64,000 nt of DNA from Prevotella sp. (lineage in GTDB: Bacteria > Bacteroidota > Bacteroidia > Bacteroidales > Bacteroidaceae), in assembly GCA_016291595.1 (NCBI GenBank), contig JAEEXN010000003.1:35308-99307 (forward strand), given 5' to 3'. The notes under the pieces were generated by a model. That model did no database searches and was not told the DNA's origin. It saw only the letters and a list, made by a program, of their open reading frames with translations. A program made the position numbers and the translations under genes. How positions within the stretch are numbered: the first letter of the stretch is position 1; every line of letters begins with the position of its first letter. Shown piece by piece: positions 1 to 7,686 of the stretch.

Positions 1-892
1 AAGTGCGTCCTTTAGCGTCGGTGTATTTGGTTACAGCGGTATAGAACTCTGCGTAATTGTAAATTTTGAAATCTACGCGAGCATTCTCAACAAGGCGTCC
101 TTTCTGGTCTTTAACTATAAAATCAATACGGGCAGTCTCGGCGTAATTATCGATAACATTGATCTCGGTGAAATTCTGTGTGCGCAGGATAACCTCCTCT
201 GGGCCGTTGTAATCACCAAAGGCACGCGTATGCATCAATAAAGCACGCGAGGCGGGTGCGTTAAACCATCCCAGATTGAGCACGGCCTCCGGCTCACAAG
301 CTCCTATAAAGTACCATTTACCGTCAGCCCAGGCCTCTACCCATGCATGGTTGTCGTCGGTATGTGCCCAGCGTGGAGTGTAAACTTGTCGGGCAGGAAT
401 ACCTATGGCTCGCAAGGCGGCAACGGTGAATGTGCTCTCTTCGCCGCAACGCCCGATAGCATTACGGAGCGTAACCATCGGGCTGGTAGTACGTGCGTCA
501 GAGGGCTGATAGGTTACGTGCTCGTGGCACCAGTGGTTTACTTCAAGAATGGCCTCTTTCATCGACATTCCTTTTACGCGCTCTTTCAGAACAGGGTAGA
601 ACTCCATACGCGAACGGTCCAGATCCTCGTTATTCACACGCACGGGCAATACGAAATGGCGGAAAAGAAGTTCTGGAACTTGCTTTCCCCACGTCATCTC
701 TTGCCTGGCCACAAAGCTGCAATGCACATTCTCCTCAATGAACGAGCGGGGATAATCGGTCTTATCGGCCAGTGGCATATAGCGGTAGAGGAAATCTACA
801 GCCTCTTTCTCAGTCATAGGTTTTAGGTCGTCTGCGAATGAGAAGGTCGCGCAGAGGATGAGCAAAGATAATAGTATGTGTTTTCTTATCAT
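1..892 (-). CDS. Transglutaminase-like domain protein (5' part; runs off window start)
   Basis: Manual minus-strand translation from ATG at 892: signal peptide MIRKHILLSLLILCATFSFA, then FVLPVRVNNE and GRCGEESTFTVAALRAIGIPARQVYTPRWAHTDDNHAWVEAW (catalytic Cys/His motifs of the transglutaminase core). Absent from the ORF track because it has no stop inside the window. Confidence 0.85.
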   Translation of the reverse strand, partial: MIRKHILLSLLILCATFSFADDLKPMTEKEAVDFLYRYMPLADKTDYPRSFIEENVHCSFVARQEMTWGKQVPELLFRHFVLPVRVNNEDLDRSRMEFYPVLKERVKGMSMKEAILEVNHWCHEHVTYQPSDARTTSPMVTLRNAIGRCGEESTFTVAALRAIGIPARQVYTPRWAHTDDNHAWVEAWADGKWYFIGACEPEAVLNLGWFNAPASRALLMHTRAFGDYNGPEEVILRTQNFTEINVIDNYAETARIDFIVKDQKGRLVENARVDFKIYNYAEFYTAVTKYTDAKGRT

Positions 893-928
893 GAATTTGG
901 GATTTATGGGTTCATTAGGCAATGGAAA

Positions 929-1702
929 TCAGATGGATTCTTTTGTGGAGGAGCCGCATAGTTCTCGAATAGTCTCTCTTACGCGACGTGCGGTTGTCAT
1001 ATTCAATTCACATTCATCAACTCCAGGATTTCCCATGAAGACATCATGATTATGATACAGCGCCCGGCCTTTCATCTTCTCACGGGCGGAAAAGTGGAAC
1101 TCTCTGATATTCGTCTCTCGCTGAATGCGGGCGATGTTGCTTTCGTTTACTCCACACCCGGCCATTATGCTGATTCTGCCGGCGGCATGTTGGTGCAAAT
1201 CTTTGAGTAGTGGGATACCCTGTTCGGCATTCGATTGAAGACCGGAAGTGAGTATGCGATTGAATCCAAGAGCGATAATCTGCTCCATAGCCTCCATTGG
1301 ATGTCGGCAGCGGTCGAAAGCCCGATGGAATGTTACGCTCATACCGGCCGCATGCTGCATAAGCATGGCATTCGCCTCAATATCAATATCTCCATTGGGC
1401 GTCAGACAACCGAAAACGACTCCGTCACAATTGAGCTGACGCGCCATATCGATATCGATTGCCATTCGTTCGAGTTCTAATGGTGAATAGACGAAGTCGC
1501 CACCGCGCGGTCGTATAATCACATGCAACCGCGTTTCGTTTAGCAGCCGGCGGGCCGTCTTGATTTCTCCATACGACGGTGTCGTTCCGCCCTCTGGGAT
1601 GCCAGAGCATAGTTCGACGCGGTCGGCACCCCCTTCTTGGGCAGCCAGGCAACTCTCTACGCCGTTGGCACATATTTCGAATTGGAAATGGATATCTTTC
1701 AT
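929..1702 (-). CDS. cutC: Copper homeostasis protein CutC
   Basis: EICANG..A..GGADRVELC, GGTTPSYG, IIRPRGGDF, TFHRAFD and RILTSG motifs; start moved to MKDIHF (ATG 1702). Confidence 0.93.
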   Translation of the reverse strand: MKDIHFQFEICANGVESCLAAQEGGADRVELCSGIPEGGTTPSYGEIKTARRLLNETRLHVIIRPRGGDFVYSPLELERMAIDIDMARQLNCDGVVFGCLTPNGDIDIEANAMLMQHAAGMSVTFHRAFDRCRHPMEAMEQIIALGFNRILTSGLQSNAEQGIPLLKDLHQHAAGRISIMAGCGVNESNIARIQRETNIREFHFSAREKMKGRALYHNHDVFMGNPGVDECELNMTTARRVRETIRELCGSSTKESI

Positions 1703-1734
1703 GGTTGTAATTTTTATACCTATTATATATGGCA

Positions 1735-2928
1735 TTACTCGAGTTTATCTTTTGGCAGCCAATAAGCAACAAGGCCCAGCAACGGCAGGAAAGCGGTTAA
1801 CTGGAACACGAGTTGGATGCTCCACACATCGGCCATCCAGCCGAAAACGGCAGAGCCAATGCCTCCCAGGCCAAACGACAAACCGAAGAAAGCGCCGGAA
1901 ATCATACCTACGTTTCCTGGTAGCATGTCGGTTGCATAAACCAGTATGGCTGACATCGCCGACGACATGACCATACCAACGGTGATGGCCAGCACAATCG
2001 TCCATAGCAGGTTCGTGTAGGGTAGGAGCAACGCGAATGGAGCCGCACCCAGAATGGAACCCCAAATCACATACTTACGTCCATAAAGGTCGCCCAGCCG
2101 GCCGCCAATGATGAGTCCGATGGCAGATGAGATGAGAAATGCGAACAGGCAGTATTGTGATGCTACTATCGAGATGCCAAACTTGTCGATGAGGTAGAAT
2201 GTCAGATAGTTCTGAAGGTTGGTGAAGTAGAAATCTTTCGAGAACATAAGTATGAGCAGCACCACCAGCGCCAGCGTCACCTGCTTGCTTGACAAGCGCC
2301 CTTCGCTGTCGATGTCGTGCTTCGATTTCAAACGTCCGATAACGGTCAGTTGGTCGCGGTACCAATGGCCTAATCTGATGGAGACAAGGATGGCAAGAAT
2401 GGCAAACACCGACAACCAGCTGATGGATTGTTGCCCTCGCGGCAGAACGGCCAAGGCAACGATGATGGGGCCAAACGAACGTCCTACATTACCGCCCACT
2501 TGAAAAACGGACTGAGCCAGACCTTTCGCGCCGCCCGATCCCAGACGGGCAATCTTCGATGCCTCCGGATGCAGTACTGATGAGCCGCATCCGGCAAATG
2601 CCACGGCCACCAGAATCCATGCAAAACTGTTGGCAAATGCCAGAAGGAGAATGCCGGCAAGCGTAAAGCACATTCCAACGGCCAGACTGTATGGCTTGGG
2701 CTTCTTGTCGGAAATATAACCGACTATGGGCTGAAGCAGCGAGGATGTCAGTTGCGTGACGAGTGTAATGGCTCCAATCTGCAGGAAACTGAAGGCGAAC
2801 TTCTCTTTCAGCATGGGATAAATAGCAGGTATCACCGACTGCAACATATCGTTGAGCAGGTGAGCGAGGCTTACCATTACCAGCACGGAGACTACCGTCT
2901 TTTGTCGGGATTGCATGATTTGTGTCAT
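1735..2928 (-). CDS. MFS transporter, Fsr (fosmidomycin resistance)-like
   Basis: About 12 hydrophobic segments; HLLND..Q, GSSVLHPEASK, AQSVFQVGGN.G, GGRLGDLYGRK. Confidence 0.88.
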   Translation of the reverse strand: MTQIMQSRQKTVVSVLVMVSLAHLLNDMLQSVIPAIYPMLKEKFAFSFLQIGAITLVTQLTSSLLQPIVGYISDKKPKPYSLAVGMCFTLAGILLLAFANSFAWILVAVAFAGCGSSVLHPEASKIARLGSGGAKGLAQSVFQVGGNVGRSFGPIIVALAVLPRGQQSISWLSVFAILAILVSIRLGHWYRDQLTVIGRLKSKHDIDSEGRLSSKQVTLALVVLLILMFSKDFYFTNLQNYLTFYLIDKFGISIVASQYCLFAFLISSAIGLIIGGRLGDLYGRKYVIWGSILGAAPFALLLPYTNLLWTIVLAITVGMVMSSAMSAILVYATDMLPGNVGMISGAFFGLSFGLGGIGSAVFGWMADVWSIQLVFQLTAFLPLLGLVAYWLPKDKLE

Positions 2929-3032
2929 GGTTTATCGCTACAAAGATAACTAATTAATTTGATATAAAGCCAAACTTAGTTGATTATTCCCCTAAAAGAT
3001 GATACTCCCGTCGTTGGGTAATGCTTTATTTG

Positions 3033-3095
3033 CGCAGAGCAGCCTTCTGTAAACGCAGAGCAGCCCTCTATAAACGCAGAGCAGCCCTCTGTTGG
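3033..3095. repeat. 21-bp tandem repeat x3 (CGCAGAGCAGCCYTCTRTAAA)
   Basis: Units start at 3033, 3054 and 3075 in the divergent intergenic region. Confidence 0.9.
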
Positions 3096-3206
3096 TTTGG
3101 AATAGCCTTCATGCATGTGCATAGGATATCTGAATGGTTTTTTATCACTATTCTTCCGTTTCTCGAATTAATTCATTATCTTTGCACTCATAACAAAAAG
3201 TCTATT

Positions 3207-3770
3207 ATGAATAAAGTACAACTATTTTTGGCGTTTGCCTTTGCAGGAATGATATTTGTCAGCTGCAAGGAGAAAAACAAAAGCAATGACATTATAGCGC
3301 CCAAACCCGTCAAGGAGGTGCAGACCGGACCTGCAAGCATGGAGGTGATTAAGCAGGACCGCGAGGTGGACTGGGTGGGCAGCCAGTATCGGATAGAGAT
3401 TGTGCGTACACCCGATAAAGAGCTGGCCTTGACTAAGGATGAGGCAGGCAAGAAGTATTACGATAACCATATCACCGTGAAAATCCTGCGCAAGGACGGC
3501 TCGCAATTCTTCGGGCGCACCTTCACGAAAGCCGATTTCGTCTCTTATCTTGACGAGAGCACGCGAAGGGACGGGGCGCTTCTTGGAATCGTGCTCGACA
3601 AAGCGGAGGAAAACCAGTTGCGGTTTGCCGCGAGCGTGGGCTCTCCCGACGTGCTGAGCGACCAGTATATTCCTATGTTGCTGACTATTACCCGTATGGG
3701 AGCCGTTTCTATTGTAAAGGATAATCGGCTGGACGCTGGTGCCCCGGAAGAGGAAGACGAGGGAGTATAG
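3207..3770 (+). CDS. Lipoprotein, DUF4738-like
   Basis: Lipobox FVSC after MNKVQLFLAFAFAGMI; FFGRTFTK..F, FAASVGSPD..SD; start moved to ATG 3207. Confidence 0.75.
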   Translation: MNKVQLFLAFAFAGMIFVSCKEKNKSNDIIAPKPVKEVQTGPASMEVIKQDREVDWVGSQYRIEIVRTPDKELALTKDEAGKKYYDNHITVKILRKDGSQFFGRTFTKADFVSYLDESTRRDGALLGIVLDKAEENQLRFAASVGSPDVLSDQYIPMLLTITRMGAVSIVKDNRLDAGAPEEEDEGV

Positions 3771-3810
3771 AGAGTTGAGAAAAGTAAAACACTAATGATA
3801 ATTGAGAATC

Positions 3811-4569
3811 ATGATAAAGTTTGTTTCTTGGAATGTGAATGGCCTGCGTGCGTGTGAGGGAAAGGGCTTTAGCGACGCGTTTCGGCAGTTGGATGCCGAT
3901 TTCTTCTGTCTGCAGGAGACGAAGATGCAGGCCGGACAATTGGACTTGCAGTTCGAGGGCTATGAGTCGTATTGGAATTATGCTGACAAGAAGGGTTATA
4001 GCGGAACTGCTATCTTCGCGCGCAGAAAACCGTTGAATGTCAGTTATGGCATTGGCATAGACGAGCACGACCATGAGGGGCGTGTCATTACACTTGAGAT
4101 GGACGACTTCTATCTGGTAACTGTATATACTCCCAATTCGCAAGACGAGTTGCGCCGGTTGGACTACCGTATGCGTTGGGAGGATGATTTCCAGACCTAT
4201 TTGAGGCAGCTGGACAGCCAGAAGCCTGTTATCGTGTGTGGCGACATGAACGTAGCGCATCAGGAGATGGACCTGAAGAATCCCAAGACCAACCGTCGTA
4301 ATGCCGGATTTACCGATGAGGAGCGCGAGAAGTTCACCCAGTTGCTTGGAAAGGGTTTCGTCGATACCTTCCGTTGGAAATACCCTGAGCAGGTAACCTA
4401 CTCGTGGTGGTCGTACCGTTTCCAGGCGCGTCAGAAGAATGCTGGCTGGCGTATCGATTACTTCGTGACAAGCGAGAGGCTCAAGTCTCGTATTGAGGAC
4501 GCAAAGATTCATACCGAGATTTATGGCTCCGACCATTGTCCTGTAGAGCTTACCTTAAATGAGGACTAA
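3811..4569 (+). CDS. xth: Exodeoxyribonuclease III / AP endonuclease
   Basis: SWNVNGLRA, CLQETK, GYSG, VYTPN, GDMNVAH, GWRIDY, GSDHCP. Confidence 0.95.
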   Translation: MIKFVSWNVNGLRACEGKGFSDAFRQLDADFFCLQETKMQAGQLDLQFEGYESYWNYADKKGYSGTAIFARRKPLNVSYGIGIDEHDHEGRVITLEMDDFYLVTVYTPNSQDELRRLDYRMRWEDDFQTYLRQLDSQKPVIVCGDMNVAHQEMDLKNPKTNRRNAGFTDEEREKFTQLLGKGFVDTFRWKYPEQVTYSWWSYRFQARQKNAGWRIDYFVTSERLKSRIEDAKIHTEIYGSDHCPVELTLNED

Positions 4570-4622
4570 CAATTAATTGTAAGGCTCATCGGAGAAGAGC
4601 GGAGTTGTATCCTTTCAATATA

Positions 4623-4662
4623 AAACGCGCCTGAGAGTAGAGTCTCAAGCGCGTTTCTTTTT
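4623..4662. terminator. Intrinsic terminator between convergent xth and tnaA
   Basis: AAACGCGCCTGAGA-loop-TCTCAAGCGCGTTT stem followed by a T-rich run. Confidence 0.75.
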
Positions 4663-4689
4663 ATAGAAGAGTATGTTCTTTTGATACAG

Positions 4690-6066
4690 TTATCCAAGCC
4701 TCTTCAGCTGAACGGTGAAGTGGCGCATAAGTGGAGCTTCCCATTCGATGGCCACACCGCGGGTGATTTCTGCGCGACGGTCGTACACGTTCTTCAGCGC
4801 GGCGGCTATCACGTTCATGTGGTTGTCGGTATAAACGCGGCGGGCAATACAGAGGCGCAGCAAGTCCAGTCCGCCAAAGCGGTTCTCACGGGTCACGGGA
4901 TCGCGGTCGGCAAGAATATAGCCGATTTCGCAACCGCGGATGCCTGCCTCAAGATAAAGCTCGCATGTTAATGTCTGAGCAGGGAACTCTTCCTTCGGCA
5001 CGTTGCAAAGCACCTTGTCTGCATCGATGAAAAGGGCGTGACCACCTACCGGACGCTGATAAGGAATGCCGTACTCGTCAAGTTTCTTTGCTAAGTATTC
5101 TACCTGGTGGATGCGAGTCTCAAGCATATCGAACTCCGTATTCTCGTCAAGGCCCACAGCCAGCGCATTCAGGTCGCGGCCGTTCAGGCCACCGTAGGTG
5201 AGGAATCCCTCGAAAGGAATGCAGAACTGTTTGGCACCTTCGTACCAGTCCTCACGGTTGGTGGCAATAAATCCACCCATATTCACCAGTCCGTCTTTTT
5301 TGGCCGACATAGTCATACCGTCAACGTAGCTGTACATCTCAAGCGCTATCTCCTTGATAGTCTTGTCGGCATAGCCTTCCTCGCGCTTCTTGATGAAGTA
5401 GCTGTTCTCGGCAAAGCGGGCAGAGTCCATCACCACCGGAACATTATACTTGTGGCAAAGTTCGCAGGTCTCACGGATATTCTTCATCGAGACGGGCTGT
5501 CCGCCTACGGTGTTGTTGGTAACGGTAAGTACCATGAAAGGCACGTTACCCGGATTCTCCTTCAGAACCTTCTCAAGTTTTTCCAACGAGACGTTACCCT
5601 TGAAAGGAATCTCGAGCTGGGTATCCTTAGCCTCGTCGATGGTTACATCGATGGCCTTTGCCTTACGGAACTCAATGTGCCCCTTGGTGGTATCGAAATG
5701 GGCGTTGCCAGGAACCACGTTTCCCTCTTTCACCAGATAGGAGAACAGCACGTTCTCGGCGGCGCGGCCCTGGTGAGTGGGGATGACATACTTAAAGCCG
5801 AAAATGCGCTGCACCACCGACTGGAACTTATAGAACGATGAGGCGCCGGCATAGCTCTCGTCGCCAAGCATCATTTCCGACCACTGGCGGTCGCTCATGG
5901 CTCCCGTACCAGAATCGGTCAGGCAGTCGATATACACTTGTTCTGCCTTCAGCATGAATACGTTGTAATGGGCTTCTTTCAGCCATTGCTCTCTTTCCTC
6001 ACGTGTGCTCTTGCGGAGCGGTTCTATCATCTTGATTTTCCAAGCTTCTGCGAATGGTATTTCCAT
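4690..6066 (-). CDS. tnaA: Tryptophanase (PLP beta-eliminating lyase)
   Basis: LTDSGT, GDESYAG, THQGRAAE and PLP-lysine SAKKD. Tryptophanase-type residues HFDTT, CEIG and MRHFT, versus FTTT, MERG and RFFT in tyrosine phenol-lyase. Confidence 0.88.
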   Translation of the reverse strand: MEIPFAEAWKIKMIEPLRKSTREEREQWLKEAHYNVFMLKAEQVYIDCLTDSGTGAMSDRQWSEMMLGDESYAGASSFYKFQSVVQRIFGFKYVIPTHQGRAAENVLFSYLVKEGNVVPGNAHFDTTKGHIEFRKAKAIDVTIDEAKDTQLEIPFKGNVSLEKLEKVLKENPGNVPFMVLTVTNNTVGGQPVSMKNIRETCELCHKYNVPVVMDSARFAENSYFIKKREEGYADKTIKEIALEMYSYVDGMTMSAKKDGLVNMGGFIATNREDWYEGAKQFCIPFEGFLTYGGLNGRDLNALAVGLDENTEFDMLETRIHQVEYLAKKLDEYGIPYQRPVGGHALFIDADKVLCNVPKEEFPAQTLTCELYLEAGIRGCEIGYILADRDPVTRENRFGGLDLLRLCIARRVYTDNHMNVIAAALKNVYDRRAEITRGVAIEWEAPLMRHFTVQLKRLG

Positions 6067-6131
6067 AAAAATACAATACTTATTAATAAGTTAATAAATG
6101 AATGGGGTGGAATGAAAAAGAAATCGTTTGT

Positions 6132-6157
6132 TGCGCACCGGCAATCGTCTGTGCGCA
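6132..6157 (-). promoter_or_regulatory. Hairpin in the tnaA leader just downstream of the uORF stop (candidate attenuator element)
   Basis: TGCGCAC-N12-GTGCGCA stem, followed on the minus strand by ACAAACGATTTCTTTTTC and a C-rich, G-poor tract. Confidence 0.5.
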
Positions 6158-6164
6158 TCGCATA

Positions 6165-6236
6165 TTAGCATGAAAAATGGTCAAGCTCCTTGATGTTGAT
6201 GAACTTGTGTGAAATAAATGCTGTTGTGTTTAACAT
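6165..6236 (-). CDS. Putative TnaC-like leader peptide, 23 aa, MLNTTAFISHKFINIKELDHFSC
   Basis: Manually translated; lies between a consensus promoter and tnaA; K11, N14, I15 and a C-terminal DH match E. coli TnaC. Confidence 0.65.
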   Translation of the reverse strand: MLNTTAFISHKFINIKELDHFSC

Positions 6237-6270
6237 AGATAAGGCAACGGTTGGTGCTTTTTGTACGCTG

Positions 6271-6302
6271 CAAATATATACATTTTTTATGTCACCTCCA
6301 AA
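6271..6302 (-). promoter_or_regulatory. Bacteroidetes primary-sigma promoter of the leader-tnaA transcript
   Basis: Minus strand TTTG (6302-6299), 20-nt spacer, TATATTTG (6278-6271), matching the TTTG-N19-21-TAnnTTTG consensus. Confidence 0.8.
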
Positions 6303-6322
6303 TCTTCAGCACGTTTTTTTCA

Positions 6323-7669
6323 TTATAAATCAGCTGTTTCCAATTGTTTGCGCAAACGGTCGGCGGCAGCGTCGACAATAATAATTACCTCGTCGTCTGT
6401 CTTGCCATTTTCAGGCTCGCTCAGCATACTCATGGGCATGTTGCTCACATCGCCGAAATACTTCAGCTTGCCCGTAACAGGGCTCATGGTGTAGATACTC
6501 AACTGCAGGCTACTGAATAGACTGAAGTCGACCATATAGTCCAGATTACAGTAATTGTAGATGAGTGCGAAGTTGCTGCCGCGGCATGCTGCCACCCGCT
6601 CATGACGCACGCCATTATTGAGGATGAGCTCCTGAGCCGGACGAATCTCATCGGCAGGGAAAAACTCCATCAGTCGTCTGAGGTGTTTCATCTGTCTGCG
6701 GCCTGGGTCAGCGAGCGCCTGTTGCCACGATTTCTGCGTACCGTTGGCCCCGTAGGCTCCTTGAGCCTCGCCGTTTCCTATAAACTGCATAATCTCGTTG
6801 TTGCCGTAAGTATGGCCACAAGCTCCGGCAAAGACCGACCAGTAGGCATAGCGGCGCATGTCGCTGTCCGTCCATCGGGGCTCATCGGGATTGTGCAGAC
6901 CTTGGGGAATATTCTCGTAAGAGGGCTCACCGTCGAGTACGGGGCGCAGGGGCTTGTAGCTGAAGCACGAGTCAACATATTGGAAGTTGTCCTCTTCGGT
7001 ACCGTCGGGAATGGGGTAGTACTTGTCCCGTCCACGTTGGTCGTAGCGGCGGTGGCCGCTTTGGAACATGTTAAAGTCCAGCCACTTGCGGTTATTGAAC
7101 CATTTGGCAGAGAAGGTGCGGCCACGCGGATGATAAGTCATCAGATGCGTGTGGTCGATGCGCTTGATGTTGGTTGCCAGCGAGTCCCACACCTCAGGGT
7201 ACACATTGCCCTCGATGTCGCCGCCCATCAGCCAAATAATGTTCCGGTATTTGCCGTAGCGCTGAGCCAGAAACCGCCCGTATTCGGCAGCCTGCGAGGC
7301 ATCCATCTGGCCGCCTTTCACTACTGATCCCCACACAGCAACCATCGCAATATAGATGCCACGCTGGCGTGCCTCACGCACAATGAAATCCATTTTGCGC
7401 CAGTTGGGTCTTGCCCCGTCGCCCTTGATGACCTGCACCTGCACCACGTTGAACTCGTTTTGCCGGCAATCGTCCAGATACTGGCATATTTCCTGGCGGC
7501 TGAGCTTGTGAGGCAGCAGCCATCCCGTGTCGCCCAGCCAGAAGAACGGCTTTCCATCGGCATGTTGCAGATAGCGGTTGTTGGCTGAAACGGAGAGTTG
7601 CCAGTTTTCGGCTGACACGTTTCCGAGCGTCAGCAGCGAGATCAATGTGGTGAGAATGCAGGTTTTCAT
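6323..7669 (-). CDS. Glycoside hydrolase, DUF4038 / GH140 (apiosidase-like)
   Basis: Signal peptide; DGKPFFWLGDTGW, NIIWLMGGD, LMTYHPRG, WLDFNMFQSGH, PVLDGEPSYE, GACGHTYG. Confidence 0.82.
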   Translation of the reverse strand: MKTCILTTLISLLTLGNVSAENWQLSVSANNRYLQHADGKPFFWLGDTGWLLPHKLSRQEICQYLDDCRQNEFNVVQVQVIKGDGARPNWRKMDFIVREARQRGIYIAMVAVWGSVVKGGQMDASQAAEYGRFLAQRYGKYRNIIWLMGGDIEGNVYPEVWDSLATNIKRIDHTHLMTYHPRGRTFSAKWFNNRKWLDFNMFQSGHRRYDQRGRDKYYPIPDGTEEDNFQYVDSCFSYKPLRPVLDGEPSYENIPQGLHNPDEPRWTDSDMRRYAYWSVFAGACGHTYGNNEIMQFIGNGEAQGAYGANGTQKSWQQALADPGRRQMKHLRRLMEFFPADEIRPAQELILNNGVRHERVAACRGSNFALIYNYCNLDYMVDFSLFSSLQLSIYTMSPVTGKLKYFGDVSNMPMSMLSEPENGKTDDEVIIIVDAAADRLRKQLETADL

Positions 7670-7686
7670 AACGATTTTGTTTAAGC

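Noticed and set aside
3033-3095. Possible CRISPR array (also 28395-28476, 29088-29192, 41191-41313, 63801-63869)
   Set aside because: Units are tandem or have no unique 25-45 bp spacers, have only 2-5 degenerate copies, and no cas genes are in the window
3021-3206. N-terminal extensions given by the ORF track (also 10146, 26873, 28069, 36031, 46540, 62253)
   Set aside because: They translate repeats, promoter DNA or overlapping genes; downstream ATGs give proper signal peptides or family N-termini
4690-6066. Tyrosine phenol-lyase call
   Set aside because: Diagnostic positions (FDTT, SAKKD, EIG, RHFT) are of the tryptophanase type
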